Assembly (NCBI GenBank): GCA_963705105.1
Contig: CAVPIW010000006.1
Coordinates: 352,001-416,000, forward strand
Length of the DNA: 64,000 nucleotides
Direction of reading: 5' to 3'
From: an uncultured Nitrospiraceae bacterium
Lineage (GTDB): Bacteria; Nitrospirota; Thermodesulfovibrionia; Thermodesulfovibrionales; Dissulfurispiraceae
Positions 58,119 to 64,000 of the stretch are shown here, one piece after another. Position numbers and translations under genes: made by a program. How positions within the stretch are numbered: the stretch's first letter is position 1; every line of letters begins with the position of its first letter. The notes under the pieces were generated by a model. The model was not told the DNA's origin. It made no database searches and was given only the letters and a program-made list of their open reading frames with translations.

Positions 58119-61100
58119 ATGGAAGAGAAGAAAACAAAGGGACAAGGCATACACAGGAGGGATTTCCTCAAATGCACGGCCGTGCTCGGGGGAGCCATGC
58201 TCGCTTCCCAGGTGGACTGGGCCCGTGATCTCATGAAAAGGGCGGAGGCAGGCATGTTGACACCTCAGGAGGAATATGAGCTCATCAAGGCCGAAAACAT
58301 TCTGTACACTGTCTGCCTGCAGTGCAACACGGGGTGCGGCATCAAGGTGAAGTTTTTCAGGCAGAACGGGAAGGCTGTGGCCCTCAAGATCGATGGCAAC
58401 CCTTACAACCCCTTCGTTGCGGTGCCGCACCTGCCTTATAAAAGCGCGCCTTTCGAGGTGAACACCGATGACAGGTCAATCTGCCCGAAGGGCCAGGCGG
58501 GCATCCAGACGGTCTATGACCCCTACCGGATCACCAAGGTGCTCAAGAGGGCCGGCAAACGGGGTGAAAACAAATGGATGACCATATCCTTCGACAAGGC
58601 GATCGACGAGATCGTCAGCGGCGGCAAGCTCTTCAGCCAGGTGCCGGGTGAGGAAAACCGCGTCGTGACGGGGCTTAAGGATATTTACGTCCTCAGGGAC
58701 CCGAAGATCGCCAAGGAGTTGGCGGAGGACGCAAAGGCGATCGCCAAGGCAAAGGACAAGAAGCAGGCCGTCGAGGAGTTCAGGAAGAAACAGGCGGCCA
58801 ATCTGCAGTATCTCATCGACCCCGATCATCCCGACCTTGGTCCGAAGAACAACCAGCTTGTTTACATGTGGGGCCGGAAGAAGGGTGGACGCGGCGATTT
58901 CTCCGCCCGCTTTTTCGGCGATTACTTCGGGACGGTCAATACCCACGGCCACACGACAGTCTGCCAGGGGTCGCTCTATTTCACCTGCAAGGCCATGAGC
59001 GAGCAGTACGAGTTCAGCAAGTTCGGAGGGGGGCAGAAGTTCTACTGGCAGGGAGACTTTGAGAACAGCGAATACATCCTCTCCGTCGGTTCGAACCTCT
59101 TTGACGCCAACTACGGCCCGTCGAACAGGAACGTCCGGCTCATCCCACGCCTCGCCGAGGGCAAGACGAAGATGACCGTTGTGGACCCGCGCTTCAACAA
59201 GGCGGCGGCCAAGGCGAACCGCTTCCTCCCGATCATCCCCGGGACGGACGGGGCATTGTTCGCGGGCATCATCCAGTGGATCATAAAGAACCAGAAGTTT
59301 GACTCCAAATACCTGGCCTGCGCCAACAAGGCGGCGGCAAAGGCGGCAGGGGAGCCCACCTGGACGAACGCCGTCCTCCTCGTGAAGCTCGACAAGGACG
59401 GCAAGCCAGGCAAGTTCCTCAGGGCCCACGAGATCGGCCTTGTTCAACCCGAGATGCGGAAGGACAAGGACGGCAAGGAGCAGGATTTCGAATATCTCGT
59501 GGCCATGAAAGACGGCAAGCCCGTCGCCGTTGATCCCAACGACGAAAAGAACGCCGTAACGGGAGACCTGCTGGTGTCTGCAGAGATCGGCGGTATAAAG
59601 GTGAAGAGCGGCCTGCAGGTCGTGTCCGATGCGGCGAATGCGAAGTCGATGGAGGAGTGGTCGAAGATCTGCGGCATCAGTGTCAGTGATATCGAGCAGA
59701 CGGCGAAGGAGCTCACATCCTCTGGAAAGAAGGCCGTCGTCGACGTCCACAGGGGCATCGCCCAGCACACGAACGGGTTTTACAACGTCACGTCGGCCAT
59801 GACGATCAACCTCCTTCTGGGCAACTTCGACTGGAAGGGAGGCATGATCGCTGCATCGACATACAGCGGCGCGGGCGGCAAGGAGGGTCAGCCCTTCGAT
59901 CTCGGGAAACTGAAGCCCGGCAAGACCTCCAAGTTCGGCATCAGCAGCATCAGGCACGATATCAAGTACGAGGACTCGACCCTCTTCAGCGGGTATCCGG
60001 CGAAGAGAAACTGGTGGCCCCTGTCGAGCGACATCTACGAGGAGATCATCCCCTCCATCGGTGACGCCTATCCCTATCCGGTCAAAGCGCTTTTCAGCTA
60101 CATGGGCGCACCGACCTACTCTCTGCCTGCGGGCCAGACGAATATTGAGATACTGGCCGATGTGAACAGGGTGCCCCTGTATTTCTGCTCCGATATCCTC
60201 ATCGGGACGACATCGATGTATGCCGATTACATATTCCCCGACCTCAGCTATCTGGAACGCTGGGAGATGCAGGGTTCGCACCCCAACATGCCGGCGAAGG
60301 TCCAGCCGGTCAGGCAGCCCGTCATCGCCCCCATCCCTGAGACTGTGAAGGTCTTCGGCGAGGAGCAGCCCTGCTGCTACGAGACCGTCCAGCTCGCCAT
60401 TGCCGAAAAGCTCGGCATGAAGGGGTACGGGAAGGAGGGGTTCGGTCCGGGCCAGGACTTCATGCGGCCCGACGACTTCTATGTCAGGATGGTGGCGAAC
60501 GTGGCGACGGACGGGACCCCCGTCCCCGATGCGGATGACGCCGAGATGAAACTCTTTCTCGATGCGAGGAAGCATCTGCCGAAATCGGTCTTCGATCCCG
60601 AGCGCTGGCAGAAGATCGCCGGACCGAACTGGCGGAAGGTTGTCTACGTGCTCAACCGGGGCGGCCGGTTCCAGGACTACAAGGATATGTACAAGGGCGA
60701 TCTCGTCTCGAACCAGTACAAGAAGCTCATAAACCTGTACCAGGAGAAAACGGCGGGCACCAAGAACGCCTTCACCGGGAAGTCGAACCCCGGCTACGGG
60801 ACCTATGTCCCTGTCGTTACGACGATCGGGAAGTCGCCGAAGGAGGCCGGACTCGAGGAGGGCTATCCCCTCACGCTCATCACCCAGCGCGATATCCTCC
60901 AGACGAAATCGAGGACCGTCGTCGACTACTGGCTCCTGGCGATGAAGCCGGAGAACGAGATCATCGTCAATGCGTCGGATGCAAAGAAAATGGGATTCAG
61001 CGACGGTGACCGCGCAAAGGTCGTCTCGGCGACGAACCCGGAGGGCGTCTGGGACCTGAAGAACGGGACGAAGAAGCCGATGATCGGCAAGGTGAAAGTA

Positions 61101-61340
61101 ACTGAAACGATCATGCCCGGCGTCGTCACCTTCACGCTCGGCCACGGCCACTGGGCGACGGGGGCGGCGGACGTGACGATCGACGGCAAGGTCGTCAAGG
61201 GAGATCCGAGGAGGGCCACGGGCGTGCATGCCAACGCCGCCATGTGGGTCGATCCTTATCTGAAGAACACCTGTATGCTCGACCCCGTCGGCGGAAGCGT
61301 GTCCTTCTATGATACGAAGGTGCAACTGATTAAAGTATAG
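58119..61340 (+). CDS. Tat-exported Mo-bisPGD enzyme, tetrathionate/selenate reductase A (TtrA/SrdA)-like
   Basis: RRDFLK, CLQCNTGC, GNPY.P, CPKG, HTTVC, ADYIFPD, GHGHW; 1073 aa. Confidence 0.85.
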   Translation: MEEKKTKGQGIHRRDFLKCTAVLGGAMLASQVDWARDLMKRAEAGMLTPQEEYELIKAENILYTVCLQCNTGCGIKVKFFRQNGKAVALKIDGNPYNPFVAVPHLPYKSAPFEVNTDDRSICPKGQAGIQTVYDPYRITKVLKRAGKRGENKWMTISFDKAIDEIVSGGKLFSQVPGEENRVVTGLKDIYVLRDPKIAKELAEDAKAIAKAKDKKQAVEEFRKKQAANLQYLIDPDHPDLGPKNNQLVYMWGRKKGGRGDFSARFFGDYFGTVNTHGHTTVCQGSLYFTCKAMSEQYEFSKFGGGQKFYWQGDFENSEYILSVGSNLFDANYGPSNRNVRLIPRLAEGKTKMTVVDPRFNKAAAKANRFLPIIPGTDGALFAGIIQWIIKNQKFDSKYLACANKAAAKAAGEPTWTNAVLLVKLDKDGKPGKFLRAHEIGLVQPEMRKDKDGKEQDFEYLVAMKDGKPVAVDPNDEKNAVTGDLLVSAEIGGIKVKSGLQVVSDAANAKSMEEWSKICGISVSDIEQTAKELTSSGKKAVVDVHRGIAQHTNGFYNVTSAMTINLLLGNFDWKGGMIAASTYSGAGGKEGQPFDLGKLKPGKTSKFGISSIRHDIKYEDSTLFSGYPAKRNWWPLSSDIYEEIIPSIGDAYPYPVKALFSYMGAPTYSLPAGQTNIEILADVNRVPLYFCSDILIGTTSMYADYIFPDLSYLERWEMQGSHPNMPAKVQPVRQPVIAPIPETVKVFGEEQPCCYETVQLAIAEKLGMKGYGKEGFGPGQDFMRPDDFYVRMVANVATDGTPVPDADDAEMKLFLDARKHLPKSVFDPERWQKIAGPNWRKVVYVLNRGGRFQDYKDMYKGDLVSNQYKKLINLYQEKTAGTKNAFTGKSNPGYGTYVPVVTTIGKSPKEAGLEEGYPLTLITQRDILQTKSRTVVDYWLLAMKPENEIIVNASDAKKMGFSDGDRAKVVSATNPEGVWDLKNGTKKPMIGKVKVTETIMPGVVTFTLGHGHWATGAADVTIDGKVVKGDPRRATGVHANAAMWVDPYLKNTCMLDPVGGSVSFYDTKVQLIKV

Positions 61341-61353
61341 GAAGAAAGGACAA

Positions 61354-61402
61354 CGGGACATGAGCGGGGGAGCGGCCATATATGCCCCCCGCTCATGTCC
61401 CG
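61354..61402 (+). terminator. Long hairpin after the ttrA-like gene
   Basis: 17-bp stem CGGGACATGAGCGGGGG / CCCCCGCTCATGTCCCG; no U-tract. Confidence 0.55.
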
Positions 61403-61464
61403 GAGGGTTAAGAAAAGGCAATGCCCTTGAAAATGATCTGAAAGCCGTTTTGTATCTTACATTA

Positions 61465-61687
61465 CCCTTATCGTTGCAATACACTCCCGGGAAAGGCGGG
61501 GCTGGGGTGAATGCGCCGAAAACCTTGCTGCGGCGACACCTGTATCAAAACGAAAAATGAACTATTCGCCAATGGTCGATGACACAAAGAGTGGAATCCT
61601 GAAACACGAAGCTGACGAGGCGTATCGTCGCCTTCAGCGAGGCTTTGAGGCGCTTCGCCCCGCCTTTTCATGCAACAGAAAGGTTAC
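61465..61687 (+). repeat. Repeat family 1, copy 10 (subtype A)
   Basis: Full-length; near-identical to copies 1 and 5. Confidence 0.95.
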
Positions 61688-61985
61688 CTCCGGAAGCGGC
61701 GCGCTCTCGCAGCAGCGCGGCATGTGTGTGCCGACGCTTTTAAAGGTGTTAAAGGGCTGAAGCACGCCCTTCATGTCTTCCTTGATTTTCGACTACAGAC
61801 AAAAGGGACAGGCAAGCCGGCAGATAAAACCCGAGAAGCTCAGGGGCATTATTTTTGCCGGGCAACCGTAATTTGCGCAGATGAAGCACATTCTAACCAC
61901 CGCCCATCTTAATTTTTTTGCGTCGGCAGTGACGCCGACACCGATTAATACCATGGCAATCAAACAGATGAACCATCCTACTCTC

Positions 61986-62058
61986 TGTCATTCCGGCTTG
62001 TCCGGAATCCCTCTCATTTTCAGAAGGATTGCCGACGCGCTCCGCTTGCGGCAATGAC
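61986..62058. repeat. REP-like palindromic repeat, family 2, copy 2
   Basis: TGTCATTCCGGCTTGTCCGGAATC..GATTGCCGACGCGCTCCGCTTGCGGCAATGAC, two hairpins. Confidence 0.65.
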
Positions 62059-62359
62059 GCTGTTGTAAGTATTCAATTGCCGGGTTAATAATATGGAGCC
62101 CACGGTCGCAATGGTCACAATAAACCTTCCGCTTATCGCTTCCACCATGTTGCTCCACAATAATATATCGACCATGAGACCGTATTTCATTATCACCGGA
62201 CCGTTCCGGTGCGAGACCTGCGATGCATGTTCAGATTCATTGAGGTTGCCCGAGAATTTTGCCGCAAAAAAACATGACCTCGTTTTAAGGTTTCACTGAA
62301 GGCTTTTTTGAATAGGTGGGATGATGCCATTCGTGAAAAAATGTGATAATCTATGAAGT

Positions 62360-62965
62360 ATGAGACCGCATGATTTTGAAGCCCTGCTGCAGGAATCGGT
62401 GAAGATCCACGGGCACCTCTGTCCCGGACAGGTCCTGGGCGTGCGGATGGCCCTTTACGGGCTCCATAAGATCGGCATTCAGGACCCGCGGGGAAAAGAC
62501 AGAAAAAAGATAGTCCTCTTCGTCGAGATCGACCGGTGCGCGACGGATGCGCTTCAGTCCGTCACGGGCTGCAGCCTCGGCCACCGGACAATGAAGTTCG
62601 TCGATCACGGCAAGATGGCGGCCACATTCGTCAATCTGGAAACGGGAGATGCCGTGCGTGTCGTGGCGAGGGAAGAGGCCCGGGAAAAGGCGAAGGATTA
62701 TGTCTCAGGCATCGAGGACAAGTATAAGCGCCAGCTCGAAGCATACAAGATCATGCCCGACGAAGAGCTGTTCACACATGAGTCCGTCCGTGTCAGCATC
62801 CCGCCTGAGGACATGCCCGGCAGGCCCCTTTCGAGGGTACGGTGCGAAGTCTGCGGTGAGTATGTACAGGACAAACGTGAAATAGAGGAAGAGGGGAGGG
62901 TGCTCTGCAGGGCCTGCGCCCGGAGCGGATATTTCGAAACAGTTGAGAGGTGCTCGGACCATTGA
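62360..62965 (+). CDS. FmdE/FwdE-family protein with C-terminal zinc finger
   Basis: HGHLCPG, EIDRCATDA, CEVCGE, LCRAC. Confidence 0.9.
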   Translation: MRPHDFEALLQESVKIHGHLCPGQVLGVRMALYGLHKIGIQDPRGKDRKKIVLFVEIDRCATDALQSVTGCSLGHRTMKFVDHGKMAATFVNLETGDAVRVVAREEAREKAKDYVSGIEDKYKRQLEAYKIMPDEELFTHESVRVSIPPEDMPGRPLSRVRCEVCGEYVQDKREIEEEGRVLCRACARSGYFETVERCSDH

Positions 62966-63016
62966 ATATTGAGTTTCTATGAAAACTGTCATGGATTTTA
63001 TAATGCCTATGCATAC

Positions 63017-63203
63017 GGGAAAGGCGGGGCTGGGGTGAATGCGCCGAAAACCTTGCTGCGGCGACACCTGTATCGTCACGGAAGATACGCTATAAGCCGA
63101 TGGTCGGTAGAACAGAGAAGTGGAACCCTGAAAAAGAACCTCACAATGCTCATCGTCGCCTTCAGCAAGGCTTTGAGGCGCTTCGCCCGGCCTTTTTCGG
63201 CAG
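63017..63203 (+). repeat. Repeat family 1, copy 11 (subtype A2)
   Basis: Conserved arms; interior shares AATGCTCATCGTCGCC with copy 6. Confidence 0.93.
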
Positions 63204-63245
63204 CGACGAGGTAGACAGGGATGCTTTGATATATTTTTTGCCGTT

Positions 63246-63268
63246 CGTTATGCACATTTGCAATAACG
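63246..63268. promoter_or_regulatory. ModE-box-like palindrome
   Basis: CGTTAT-N11-ATAACG, 16 bp upstream of the modE-like ATG. Confidence 0.65.
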
Positions 63269-63284
63269 CCTGCTGAGGTGAGTC

Positions 63285-64000
63285 ATGGAGATACGATCGA
63301 AGATCTGGATCGAGGTCAACAACGAGCCTGTTTTCGGGAGGGGCAGGCGGTTCCTCCTGGAAGCGATCGACAAACACGGCTCGATCAACAGGGCCGCAAA
63401 GGAGATCAACATTTCCTACCGGAAGGCCTGGAGCTACATCAATGCCATGGAGGAACGCCTTGGCATCAGGCTTGTGGACCGCCAGAGCGGCGGGAAAAAC
63501 GGCGGCGGTGCGCAGTTGACCCGGGAGGCCCGGGAATTCCTCAGGGGGTACGAGCGGCTTGAGGAGGGGATCAGGGGCTATGTTGACGAGCGTTTCCGGT
63601 CGATCGTCTTTCAAACGGAGGAACCTTCCCCGCCGGGAAACGGAAACGGAGGCAGCAGGCGGGGCGCAGGTATGACCAAGGTGCCCGTTGAGGACGCCGT
63701 CGGCATGGCCCTCGGACACGACATCACGGAGATCAGGCAGGGTGAGTTCAAAGGGAGGGCCTTCCGGAAGGGCCACATTGTCAGGCAGGAGGATCTCGAT
63801 CATCTCCGGAACCTCGGCAAGGAACATCTCTTTGTCCTTGCCATCGCAGAGGACGAGATGCATGAGAACGAGGCCGCCCATGCCCTCGCAGAGGCCCTGA
63901 TGGGAACGGGTGTTGTCGCCGAGGGGGAGCCGAAGGAAGGCAAGATCAACATCGTCGCCGGCAGAGACGGCCTGTTCAGGGTGAATGCTGACAAACTGAC
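63285..64000 (+). CDS. ModE-type wHTH fused in frame to a MoeA-like molybdopterin-binding protein; runs off the window and is not in the ORF track
   Basis: MEIRSKIWIE..FG.GR..LLEAID..GSINRAAKE.NISYRKAW; no stop before MTKVPVEDAVGM.L.HDITEI..G..KGRAF.KGH at 63672. Confidence 0.82.
   Translation, partial: MEIRSKIWIEVNNEPVFGRGRRFLLEAIDKHGSINRAAKEINISYRKAWSYINAMEERLGIRLVDRQSGGKNGGGAQLTREAREFLRGYERLEEGIRGYVDERFRSIVFQTEEPSPPGNGNGGSRRGAGMTKVPVEDAVGMALGHDITEIRQGEFKGRAFRKGHIVRQEDLDHLRNLGKEHLFVLAIAEDEMHENEAAHALAEALMGTGVVAEGEPKEGKINIVAGRDGLFRVNADKL

Noticed and set aside
58476..61484. Long antisense ORFs (1002 aa here; also 31058-32845 and 56816-58255)
   Set aside because: Shadow frames of GC-rich genes on the opposite strand with no recognisable motifs.
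1285..63203. Family-1 repeats as CRISPR repeats or attC sites
   Set aside because: They are dispersed in both orientations with no spacer periodicity and no cas genes. They flank housekeeping genes rather than cassettes, and core sites are inconsistent.

Overview
GC-rich anaerobic bacterial chromosome segment; gene content suggests Nitrospirota (Thermodesulfovibrionia) or Desulfobacterota, which is an inference. (1) 1-23.3 kb is housekeeping: EAL protein, iscR-tusA-iscS-iscU, valS, nadC, purM, moeA-PBP, a RACo-like ATPase, NlpC/P60, scpB, dsbC, carAB and a PPi-type pfk. (2) 25.7-49 kb is a metalloid/oxyanion region. A ~19 kb co-directional minus-strand run starts at a sigma70 promoter with a palindromic operator and reads arsP-trx-arsR-acr3-[MtrA-like corrinoid protein]-trx-ccdA-trx/ccdA-fmdE-sufC-sufB-dsrC-like-orf-gcvH(frameshifted)-2xDGC-osmC-lpdA-lipA-lplA, then a 4Fe-4S/Tat Mo-enzyme/TorD unit. 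A TSUP/TunR pair and chrA lie beside it. (3) 49.3-56.6 kb is an AT-richer decayed cassette region with toxin-antitoxin remnants, attC-like sites, two group IIC intron remnants and an IS. (4) 56.9-64 kb holds a triheme cytochrome/TtrB/TtrA-like operon, fmdE and a ModE-HTH fused to a molybdopterin-binding domain. Eleven copies (plus one mini-copy) of a 150-225 bp hairpin repeat with compensatory substitutions lie in intergenic spaces across the window. The best candidates for novelty are the ars-linked corrinoid protein plus stand-alone lipoyl module, and the repeat family.
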